Assembly: GCA_944331885.1 (NCBI GenBank)
Contig: CALVJF010000001.1
Coordinates: 1-32,182, forward strand
Direction: 5' to 3'
From: an uncultured Bacilli bacterium
Lineage (GTDB): Bacteria; Bacillota_I; Bacilli_A; RF39; UBA660
Length of the DNA: 32,182 nt
Shown: positions 1 to 7,873 of the stretch, piece after piece
Layout of the letters: the number at the start of each line of letters is the position of its first letter
Position numbering within the stretch: position 1 is the first letter of the stretch
Made by a program: the position numbers and the translations under genes
The notes under the pieces: generated by a model
Databases searched by the model: none
What the model was told of the DNA's origin: nothing
What the model saw: the letters and a program-made list of their open reading frames with translations, nothing else

Positions 1-1
1 G

Positions 2-508
2 AACTACATTTTAGATTTATTTACTTATTCTTTAAACAAAGTAATTAATATGAATATAAAAGTAGATTATAAAAGAATATTTGTGTGGAAACCATTAAGA
101 TATTCCTTAAAAGGTGATAAATTTAAAAGTGAATATATGGATTTTGATACTAGTTCATTCTTTGGAAAAAGATACTCTATGAATGTAAAAGTATCAATGT
201 TAGAAGATATCAAGAAATTAAAAGAAAAAGGATTAATAACAAATGCATGTTTAATATATTCAATGTGGCATGGATATATAGAAAAAGAAGAAAAGTTAAT
301 AAATTTTATCGATGAAATAAAAAATATGGGTATAGATTTTAAAGAACTTCATACTTCAGGTCATGCAGATATAAATTCGATGAAAAAAATAAACGAAATA
401 ATTGAACCTTATAAAACAATAATTATTCATACAGAAAATAGGGAAAAAGGGAAGGATATTTTCAATGATATTGTGGATTTAAATGATAATCAGGTTTTTA
501 AAATATAG
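2..508 (+). CDS. MBL-fold metallo-hydrolase, C-terminal part (5' end lies outside the window)
   Basis: The reading frame of track ORF 50..508 stays open back to nt 2, so the gene is truncated by the window edge. ELHTSGHAD followed by IIIHTEN resembles the C-terminal His motifs of beta-CASP/RNase J-like MBL hydrolases. The family assignment is by eye only. Confidence 0.5.
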   Translation, partial: NYILDLFTYSLNKVINMNIKVDYKRIFVWKPLRYSLKGDKFKSEYMDFDTSSFFGKRYSMNVKVSMLEDIKKLKEKGLITNACLIYSMWHGYIEKEEKLINFIDEIKNMGIDFKELHTSGHADINSMKKINEIIEPYKTIIIHTENREKGKDIFNDIVDLNDNQVFKI

Positions 509-517
509 GAGGAAAAT

Positions 518-967
518 ATGGAAGAAAAAAGTTTAAATGAATTAATAGAATCAAAAGATAATATTTCAGAACAATTGAAATTATTAAGAAAACATAGGGA
601 ACGAGAGGATGTAAAAGAGTATATTAATAGTTTGTTAGAAAATAGATATGTAACAGATTATGTAAGATATATGATAGATAAATATTATTTTAATAATAAA
701 GAGGCAGTTAAAGTTGAAAAAAATTGTATTGAAAGGGTATTTAAAGTTTTGTTAAGACCTGTAAAAGTTAAAACAAAAAAATATGCAGAAACAAATATTA
801 AAGTGGGAGATAATGTTTCTATTGTTGATGGACCTTTTAATGGTTTTAATGGAATAGTTGAGAAAGTAGATAATGAATATGCGAAATTCATTATTTCTAT
901 TAAAATATTTGAAGAAAATCATTCTATTAATGTTGATTTTGATCATGTGGATAAAAATATACTTTAA
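518..967 (+). CDS. KOW-domain protein, NusG C-terminal-like, with no recognisable NGN domain
   Basis: An AGGAGG SD lies at 508-513. The C-terminal VGDNVSIVDGPFNGFNGIVEKVDNEYAKFIISIKIFEE matches the NusG-type KOW motif (GDxVxIxxGPFxGxxGxV). The N-terminal ~95 aa is Lys/Glu-rich with no WY...PGY NGN signature. A terminator follows. Confidence 0.6.
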   Translation: MEEKSLNELIESKDNISEQLKLLRKHREREDVKEYINSLLENRYVTDYVRYMIDKYYFNNKEAVKVEKNCIERVFKVLLRPVKVKTKKYAETNIKVGDNVSIVDGPFNGFNGIVEKVDNEYAKFIISIKIFEENHSINVDFDHVDKNIL

Positions 968-984
968 TATAAAATTTCAATTAG

Positions 985-1012
985 AACAAGTCTTAAATAA
1001 GATTTGTTTTTT
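985..1012 (+). terminator. Rho-independent terminator
   Basis: The stem is AACAAGTCTT / AAGATTTGTT (one G-U pair), the loop is AAAT, and a T-run follows. Confidence 0.7.
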
Positions 1013-1074
1013 AATTTATATGTAAAATAATATAATCCAACCCGATATTATAATTTAGTTATATGTGTTCTATT

Positions 1075-1105
1075 TTGTCAGTTTTTGGCTAAAGTATGTT
1101 ATAAT
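1075..1105 (+). promoter_or_regulatory. Sigma-70-type promoter with extended -10
   Basis: TTGTCA lies at 1075-1080 and TGtTATAAT at 1097-1105. The spacer is 19 nt, slightly long. Confidence 0.5.
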
Positions 1106-1122
1106 TGAATTATGGTGATAAT

Positions 1123-1602
1123 ATGATAGAGTTAATAATAGATTTAGATAATGGAGAGACTTATATAAATAATTACAATAAAAATAAACTTAGTGAAAGT
1201 TTGTATAATTATATTTTAGATGAAATAAAGGGTTTTTCTATTAAGGATAAGATAAGATTAAAAGTGTTTGCTAATTATGAATTAACAAATGACGAAAAGA
1301 AAAACTTTGTTGAAATGATTAAATCAAATTTTAGTGCTGATATTCAAGAAGAACATATTATGTCAAAGTTTTTATATTTAAAAAGTTTCTTATTAATAAT
1401 CATTGGAATTGTTGGAATATTGCTTGCTTATCTTTTAGGAAATTATAATATTGGTGTTATTGAAGAGTTGTTTTTAATAATAGGTTGGGTTGGAATATGG
1501 GAAGGTATATATATAATCTTGTTTGATGAATTTGCTAAGAAGATCAAGGTTAAGAGGTATAAACAGTTAGTTGATGCAGAAATCGTTTTTGAAACTAATT
1601 GA
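1123..1602 (+). CDS. Hypothetical membrane protein (soluble N-terminal half, two C-terminal TM helices)
   Basis: The ORF has hydrophobic stretches LLIIIGIVGILLAYLLG and LFLIIGWVGIWEGIYIILF. The track TTG start at 1105 overlaps the -10 hexamer at 1100-1105, so ATG 1123 preceded by GGTGA is preferred. Confidence 0.55.
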   Translation: MIELIIDLDNGETYINNYNKNKLSESLYNYILDEIKGFSIKDKIRLKVFANYELTNDEKKNFVEMIKSNFSADIQEEHIMSKFLYLKSFLLIIIGIVGILLAYLLGNYNIGVIEELFLIIGWVGIWEGIYIILFDEFAKKIKVKRYKQLVDAEIVFETN

Positions 1603-1609
1603 GAATATT

Positions 1610-1637
1610 AAAAAACTGATATTAGTATCAGTTTTTT
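1610..1637. terminator. Bidirectional terminator between convergent genes
   Basis: AAAAAACTGATA - TTAG - TATCAGTTTTTT forms a perfect stem flanked by an A-run and a T-run. Confidence 0.75.
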
Positions 1638-1642
1638 GAATA

Positions 1643-2236
1643 TTATTTTTTAATTTTTTTATTTTTTTCGGGAATAATTAAGGTCGTTTCTCCTGGTTTA
1701 GGGGTAATTGTTCGGCAATTGCGTTTATTAAATATAAAGCCAATTATTTCAATTATAGAATAAATAACCATAATTATACCAATACTTGATAATAATAAAT
1801 TTTCAGTAAAAATTACATAAATACTTAAAATAATTAAAGCAATTGCAACAATTAGCGAAGAAATAAATTTGGTGTTTTTATGGGATAAGGAAATAGCTGT
1901 TATGAGTTGATATATGCCACTCATTAAAATCCAGCCGCCTAGTATAAAACGAATTGAAGTTTCGATTATGTCACTAAAAAAGATAAAGATTATACCTAAC
2001 AATATTAGAGCAATGGAATAAAATAAACTACGATTGGCAAAAGGGTTATTGCTTTTTCTTCGCTGAGCATAAATAAAAATATTAATAATTCCTGATATTA
2101 AAAGTATGGAGCCAATTACTATTGAAATGAATGATAAAATAATATCAGCATTTGTTATTAAAATTACACCAATTATTAAAAATATAATTGATGATAATAA
2201 TGATTTACTTTGATTGGTTATAATTTCTATTTTCAT
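1643..2236 (-). CDS. Polytopic membrane protein, possibly HdeD/DUF308-like
   Basis: About six hydrophobic helices show a repeated small-residue pattern (IIGVILI, VIGSILLISG, LLGIIFIFF, LGGWILMSG). I chose ATG 2236 (MKIEIITN) because AGAGG lies 7 nt upstream. The track TTG start is at 2254. Confidence 0.45.
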   Translation of the reverse strand: MKIEIITNQSKSLLSSIIFLIIGVILITNADIILSFISIVIGSILLISGIINIFIYAQRRKSNNPFANRSLFYSIALILLGIIFIFFSDIIETSIRFILGGWILMSGIYQLITAISLSHKNTKFISSLIVAIALIILSIYVIFTENLLLSSIGIIMVIYSIIEIIGFIFNKRNCRTITPKPGETTLIIPEKNKKIKK

Positions 2237-2291
2237 TTTTGTACCTCTTTTCAACCTAATTATATAATTTAATTAAATTTTATTCAATATG

Positions 2292-2300
2292 TGGTATAAT
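2292..2300 (+). promoter_or_regulatory. Extended -10 promoter (TGgTATAAT) for the 2323 gene
   Basis: TGGTATAAT lies about 22 nt upstream of the start codon, in the divergent intergenic region. Confidence 0.55.
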
Positions 2301-2322
2301 AACTTTATGATAGAGGGTGGCT

Positions 2323-4155
2323 ATGTTGTTAGAATTTACTAAGGCAATTGATATTTTTAAAGATAATGGTTTTGACTTAAAGTCTAATTACCCTTTATTG
2401 TATAGAAGAGGCAATGACTTAGGTGTTGCATATACTTTTAATAGTATTAATTATGGAGTTTTAGAGCGATATAAATTATTTAATTCCGAGAAAGATTTGG
2501 ATATGTTTCTTAAGGAATTAAAGTGGTATAAAGAGTTTGGTAATAAGAAAAAAGTATATTTAAAAATAGATAACTTTGAAAAAGAAAATCCTAATTATTT
2601 TTTTATACATAATGGTAAAGAAATTACTTATGAAAATATGGTAAATATCGATAAATTTGATGAAGATATAAAAAAAGAATTAGAAGGTTCTGATATAAAA
2701 AGAATTACTTTCGAAATTGAAAGATTGTTTGAATATTATAAGAAAGTCAAAGAATATATATTAGATTATATCGATAGTGTAAATAAATCTTTAGATGAGT
2801 TATTTGAGTCTTATAAATTATTACAAAAACGGATAGATATTTATAATAATTTAAACATTGATAGAAATATAGAAGAAATTGAATTTAAAAAGATAAGTAT
2901 AAGTTTTGATGTAGCTAAAGAAAATAATCTAAAGGATACGCTTAATCAATATAAAGTTGGAGATAATACTTATGAAGAATTTGTAACTCTTTTGAAAAAA
3001 GTATGGTCTTTATGCATGGAACTGGAGTTAAAAGATGATTATATTAACGCTATGAGGGTTAAAAATGATGTTGTAAATGAACAAAATTTAGTTAATCTTA
3101 AGCTTGATTATATGGAAAAAATTATAAATAAAAAATCTTTATTTAAAGGAATTAAAAATATTGCTAAGAAGTTTAGAAGAATTGAGAGAAAATTTAAAAG
3201 TGTTAAATTAGCTGATGATTATGAAGATCTATACTTCAATAAAATTGTAGCTAAATATAGTATGTATGAGAATATGCATATTTTTAATACATATGCTTAT
3301 TTGGAAGATGCCTTTGAGTTTGATGGCGACTATAATGAATTAGCTAAATCTTATAAAGAAAGAAAAGAACTAGATTTAAGTAGTGGATTTAATGATGTAG
3401 ATAAGAATATTGCCGAGTTAAGAGATTTATATAATAAATTAGATGTAGTGGCTCAAGATAAGTTAATTATCTTAAATTCGGAATATTATGATTTGTTAAA
3501 TATGATAATAAATATTGATGATTATAAGATTAAAACTGGAGAAGATTTATTGTCAATTTTAAGTATTAATAATGAGTTTAATAAAATAATGGAAAGGTGT
3601 TATAGTTTAGTTAGTGAGATATTACCTTTTAATGAGGCAGAAAATATAAAAAGAATTTTTTCGTATATAAATTTTAATAGTCAAGAGGAATTTTTACTTT
3701 CGTTAGTTAGTATTTTAGATGATTTAGAGACAATTAGTGAAAAAATTATAATTAAGAATTCAATAATTGGTTATTTTAAAACTTATAATGCTGATAATTT
3801 TGTTGATAAAATGATAAAGGCTGATTTGGATGTATCTAATACTTTATGTGATATAAAAAGTAAGGATTTACGATATATTGTCGCTAATATAGGATCTAAT
3901 ATTAGAGGAGCTTTTTCTTATTTGACTTTAAATATTCCACGAAATGGGGAAACTGAAATTAGTGTTGTTAATTCTGATAAGATAGCATTTTATATTTTTA
4001 CGAATAGTACGATTATTGATAAATCTTCAGAAGTTTTAAAAGTTGTAGATTATCGTGGTGATGTAGTTCGAGAAGCTAACTATAGTTATGTTGAACGTTT
4101 AAATAAGGAATTGGAATTTAATTTTGTTAATTGGGATGTAAATCGAAAGCTATAG
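2323..4155 (+). CDS. Large hypothetical protein (about 610 aa), Lys/Glu/Asn-rich, no recognisable domain
   Basis: This is a long uninterrupted ORF with its own extended -10 promoter (2292-2300), an SD (AGAGGG), ATG 2323 and a terminator overlapping the stop codon. No catalytic or binding motif was recognised by eye. Confidence 0.6.
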   Translation: MLLEFTKAIDIFKDNGFDLKSNYPLLYRRGNDLGVAYTFNSINYGVLERYKLFNSEKDLDMFLKELKWYKEFGNKKKVYLKIDNFEKENPNYFFIHNGKEITYENMVNIDKFDEDIKKELEGSDIKRITFEIERLFEYYKKVKEYILDYIDSVNKSLDELFESYKLLQKRIDIYNNLNIDRNIEEIEFKKISISFDVAKENNLKDTLNQYKVGDNTYEEFVTLLKKVWSLCMELELKDDYINAMRVKNDVVNEQNLVNLKLDYMEKIINKKSLFKGIKNIAKKFRRIERKFKSVKLADDYEDLYFNKIVAKYSMYENMHIFNTYAYLEDAFEFDGDYNELAKSYKERKELDLSSGFNDVDKNIAELRDLYNKLDVVAQDKLIILNSEYYDLLNMIINIDDYKIKTGEDLLSILSINNEFNKIMERCYSLVSEILPFNEAENIKRIFSYINFNSQEEFLLSLVSILDDLETISEKIIIKNSIIGYFKTYNADNFVDKMIKADLDVSNTLCDIKSKDLRYIVANIGSNIRGAFSYLTLNIPRNGETEISVVNSDKIAFYIFTNSTIIDKSSEVLKVVDYRGDVVREANYSYVERLNKELEFNFVNWDVNRKL

Positions 4156-4171
4156 TAAATATAGCTTTTTT
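4146..4171 (+). terminator. Rho-independent terminator overlapping the stop codon
   Basis: The stem is AAAGCTATA / TATAGCTTT, the loop is GTAAA, and a T-run follows. Confidence 0.65.
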
Positions 4172-4243
4172 AATTTTGTCTTGCAAATTTGTTAAAAATG
4201 TTGTAGTCTTGTAAGAGTATTTTAATTAAAAAGGGTGATTTTA

Positions 4244-6046
4244 ATGGATAAAATTATTAATATTGCGGTAGTAGCCCATGTCGATGCTGGTAAAAGTACT
4301 TTAGTTGATGCTTTACTTGAACAAAATGGAGTATTTCGTGCTAATGAAGAAGTCGTAGAGAGAGTTATGGATAGTGACGATATAGAGCGTGAAAGAGGAA
4401 TTACAATATATTCTAAAAACTGTGCTATTCGTTATAAAGATTATAAAATTAATATCGTTGATACTCCAGGACATGCTGACTTTAGTAGTGAAGTTGAAAG
4501 AATTATTAAGACAGTTGATACAGTTATATTAATTGTAGATAGTGCTGAAGGTCCTATGCCTCAAACAAGATTCGTTCTTAAAAAAGCATTAGAGCAAAAT
4601 TTACGTCCTATTTTATTTATTAATAAAATAGATAAGAAAGATGCTCGTGTTCAAGAAGTAGTCGATATGACTTTTGATTTATTTGTTGAATTGAATGCTA
4701 CTGATGAACAACTTGATTTTCCAATAGTTTATGGTATTGCTCGTGATGGTATTGCTAAGTTATCTATGGATGAAGATAGTAATTCTATAGAGCCATTATT
4801 GGAGACAATCTTAAAACAAGTTAAGCCTTATGAAGGTAATGAAAATGATAATTTACAATTACAAATATCAACATTGGATTACGATGATTATATTGGTAGA
4901 TTAGGAATTGGGCGTGTTACAAAAGGTAAAATAAAAGATGGCGAAACTGTATCTTTAATTAAAAATGATGGAAGTGTATCTTCTTTTAGAGTATCGAAGT
5001 TATATGTAAACGAAGGGATAAAGAAGGTTGCTAAGGATGTAGCTTATTATGGGGACATTGTTATTGTGGCTGGATGTAGTCATATTTCAATAGGTGATAC
5101 AATTTGTACTAAAGATGTAATTGATCCATTGCCTCCTATTGAAATTGAAAAGCCAACATTGTCAATGAACTTTTTGGTAAATAATTCGCCATTTGCTGGT
5201 AAAAGTGGAAAATTTTTAACAAATAGACATATTAAAGATCGTTTAGATAAAGAGTTGGAAACTAATGTTGGATTAGTAGTTGAGGAATTACCAAATGCTG
5301 ATGGTTATAAAGTTTCTGGTAGAGGAGAATTACATTTATCAATTTTACTTGAAAATATGCGTCGTGAAGGTTATGAGTTAAGTGTTTCTAAACCAGAAGT
5401 TTTGTTTCAAGAAATTGATGGTGTAAAATGTGAACCATTTGAAAGAGTGATTGTAAATTGTCCGGCTGATTATTCTGGAACTGTTATTAATGATTTACAA
5501 GAAAGAAAAGCTATTTTAGAAGTTATTAATAATACAGAAGATAATTATACTCATATGGAATTTTTGGCACCTACTCGCGGTTTGATTGGATATCGTAGTG
5601 CTTTTATTACTAATACAAAAGGCGAAGGTATAATGGTTAGAAGTTTTGATTCTTATAAACCTTATGTAGGTCATATCAGTGGTCGTAAAAATGGTGTTTT
5701 AGTTTCAATGGAAAATGGTAAAACTTTAGGATATTCTTTATGGAATCTCCAAGAAAGAGGGACAATGATTGTTGGCCCAGCGGTAGATGTTTACGTAGGA
5801 ATGATAGTTGGTATTCATAATCGTGATAATGATTTAAATGTAAATCCTTGTAAAAATAAACAATTAACAAATACGCGTGCAAGTGGTAGTGATGATGCTA
5901 TAGCGTTAGTTAAACCAAAAATATTCACGCTTGAAGAAGCTTTGGAATTTATTGAAGATGATGAATATGTAGAAGTAACGCCTACTGAAATACGTTTGCG
6001 TAAAAAAATATTGGATCCTGATGAAAGATATAGATTGAGAAAATAA
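4244..6046 (+). CDS. typA: Translational GTPase TypA/BipA
   Basis: The G1 motif AHVDAGKST, G3 motif DTPGHADF and G4 motif NKIDK are present, and the length and C-terminal region are typical of BipA. ATG 4244 is preceded by AAAGGGTG. The track GTG start is at 4235. Confidence 0.93.
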   Translation: MDKIINIAVVAHVDAGKSTLVDALLEQNGVFRANEEVVERVMDSDDIERERGITIYSKNCAIRYKDYKINIVDTPGHADFSSEVERIIKTVDTVILIVDSAEGPMPQTRFVLKKALEQNLRPILFINKIDKKDARVQEVVDMTFDLFVELNATDEQLDFPIVYGIARDGIAKLSMDEDSNSIEPLLETILKQVKPYEGNENDNLQLQISTLDYDDYIGRLGIGRVTKGKIKDGETVSLIKNDGSVSSFRVSKLYVNEGIKKVAKDVAYYGDIVIVAGCSHISIGDTICTKDVIDPLPPIEIEKPTLSMNFLVNNSPFAGKSGKFLTNRHIKDRLDKELETNVGLVVEELPNADGYKVSGRGELHLSILLENMRREGYELSVSKPEVLFQEIDGVKCEPFERVIVNCPADYSGTVINDLQERKAILEVINNTEDNYTHMEFLAPTRGLIGYRSAFITNTKGEGIMVRSFDSYKPYVGHISGRKNGVLVSMENGKTLGYSLWNLQERGTMIVGPAVDVYVGMIVGIHNRDNDLNVNPCKNKQLTNTRASGSDDAIALVKPKIFTLEEALEFIEDDEYVEVTPTEIRLRKKILDPDERYRLRK

Positions 6047-6070
6047 AAAAAGCACTTATAAGGTGCTTTA
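6047..6070. terminator. Bidirectional terminator between typA and the ABC operon
   Basis: AAAAAGCACTT - ATA - AGGTGCTTT is flanked by an A-run on one side and T residues on the other. Confidence 0.65.
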
Positions 6071-7873
6071 GTGGTCATTATACATTTGGTAATAATGACC
6101 TTTTTTGTTGATTAATTCTTGATGATTTCCTATTTCAACTATTTTTCCTCTATTTAAAACAATTATTTTATCAACATTTTTAATTGTGTTTAAGCGATGA
6201 GCAATGATGATTACAGTTTTATTATGCATTAGTTTTAACAATGATTCTGAAATTATTTTTTCAGTATATGAATCTAGATTACTAGTGGCTTCGTCTAAAA
6301 TAATTATTGAAGCTGTTTTTAGTGTGGCGCGAGCTATTGTTAAAATTTGTTTTTCACCTAATGATAAATTAGTAGCATTTTCGTTTATTAAGTAGTTATC
6401 TTGATTAGGAAATTGTTGGATTGTGTTATATATTGGTAATCTTTTTATTTTTTTTATATATTTTGTTAATTTTATTTTATTATTATAAATAAGATTATCT
6501 TTTATTGTTGAGTTAAATAACCAATGTTCTTGCATGATAACATTTATATTATCGCGTAAGTTGTGGCGGTTTATTTTTTGAATATTCGTATTGTTAATTG
6601 AAATTGAGCCATTACTTGGTTGATAAAATTTTAATAGTAATTTGATTATTGTTGTTTTACCGCTGCCAGTGGCACCAACAATGGCTACTTTTTCACCGGG
6701 CTCAATTTTAAAATTAATGTTTTTTAATGTTGGTTGTTCGTTGTAAGAAAATGAAACATTATTAAATTCTATTAATCCATTTAAAGAATAATTTGTTTTT
6801 AATTCTTTTTTTTCTTCAGTAAGTTCTAAAAATTCAAATATTCTTTTGGTGGCAGCATTAATAGTTTCAAGGGTTGTAGATAGCGAAGAAAGATTTAATA
6901 ATGGTTCGTTAATATTTTTGGTATATGTTATAAATGCTTGTAATTGACCTAAAGATATTTTGCTTTTAATAATTAAAAAGGCACCGATGATACAGGTAAT
7001 TATAAATGTTATATTACTAATGAATTGAGTTAAAGAGTAAGCTAAGCTGCCTAGAAAAGAACTTTTCCAAGAACTTTTTTGAAGCTCTATATTAATATAG
7101 TTTTGCTTTTTGATAAAAGTTTTTTCAGCGTTGTAATAGCAAATGATATTATGTCCTGAATACGCTTGTTCAATTAAAGAGTTGTATGAAGCCAAATTTT
7201 GTTGATTTATTTTAAAAATATTTTCACTTTTATGAAGGATAATTAATAAAATGCCAAAACTTATAGGAATAGTAAATAATATTATTAGTGAAAGACTAAA
7301 ATTCATACTGAGCATTGCTATTAAAATTCCAATGAATATTATAATTGCCGAAATTGCCTCAGATAAATCGCTAGCTAACGATATATTAATAGCTTCTATA
7401 TCGTTGGTAATAAGGCTAATAATTTCACCGTTGGTACTTTTGCTAAATTGAGCGATTGGGATTTTATGAATTTTATTGTATACTTTTTGGCGTAATTTTT
7501 GGGTGATATTACGCGCTAAATGATAGAGGGATACGTTTTGAAAATATTCCAATATAGCGTTTAAAATGAATAAAATTAAAACGATTAATAAGTAATTCAT
7601 TACAGGTTTATTGTTGTTAATAATTACTAAGTTATTGTTAATTTGAGGACATAAATAATATTCTGTACATATTTTAGAATCATTTTGGGTGATTAAGGGA
7701 GTAATAATAACATTCTTATTTTTTATGTTATAAATTGCATTATCAATGCTTTTAGCTATGAGGAGGGGGGTAACTATTGAAATGATACTAGTTATAATGC
7801 ATAACGAGATTCCAATAGTGAAATATTTTTTTGATTGAGGGTAAATAGAAAATAATTTTTTAAATGTTTTCAT
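6068..7873 (-). CDS. ABC exporter subunit (TMD-NBD) with consensus Walker B and H-loop and a deviant signature motif
   Basis: Motifs present are Walker A GATGSGKTT, signature LSLGEKQ, Walker B IIILDEATS and H-loop IIIAHRL, with six N-terminal TM helices. ATG 7873 is preceded by AGGTG. It overlaps the upstream gene's stop by 14 nt. Confidence 0.88.
   Translation of the reverse strand: MKTFKKLFSIYPQSKKYFTIGISLCIITSIISIVTPLLIAKSIDNAIYNIKNKNVIITPLITQNDSKICTEYYLCPQINNNLVIINNNKPVMNYLLIVLILFILNAILEYFQNVSLYHLARNITQKLRQKVYNKIHKIPIAQFSKSTNGEIISLITNDIEAINISLASDLSEAISAIIIFIGILIAMLSMNFSLSLIILFTIPISFGILLIILHKSENIFKINQQNLASYNSLIEQAYSGHNIICYYNAEKTFIKKQNYINIELQKSSWKSSFLGSLAYSLTQFISNITFIITCIIGAFLIIKSKISLGQLQAFITYTKNINEPLLNLSSLSTTLETINAATKRIFEFLELTEEKKELKTNYSLNGLIEFNNVSFSYNEQPTLKNINFKIEPGEKVAIVGATGSGKTTIIKLLLKFYQPSNGSISINNTNIQKINRHNLRDNINVIMQEHWLFNSTIKDNLIYNNKIKLTKYIKKIKRLPIYNTIQQFPNQDNYLINENATNLSLGEKQILTIARATLKTASIIILDEATSNLDSYTEKIISESLLKLMHNKTVIIIAHRLNTIKNVDKIIVLNRGKIVEIGNHQELINKKGHYYQMYNDH

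Noticed and set aside
685-946. Two minus-strand ORFs (685..891 and 752..946) inside the KOW-protein gene
   Set aside because: They are fully antisense to a gene with a clear KOW motif, an SD and a terminator. Their translations are low-complexity Phe/Ile/Asn-rich, as expected for shadow frames in AT-rich DNA.
5676-6078. Minus-strand ORFs 5676..5882 and 5815..6078 overlapping the 3' end of typA
   Set aside because: They are antisense to a strongly supported conserved GTPase gene. There is no SD or promoter, and the second ORF runs through the bidirectional terminator.
6204-7451. Plus-strand ORFs 6204..6395 and 7251..7451 inside the ABC exporter gene
   Set aside because: These are shadow frames opposite a gene with complete ABC motifs, and they have no translation signals.
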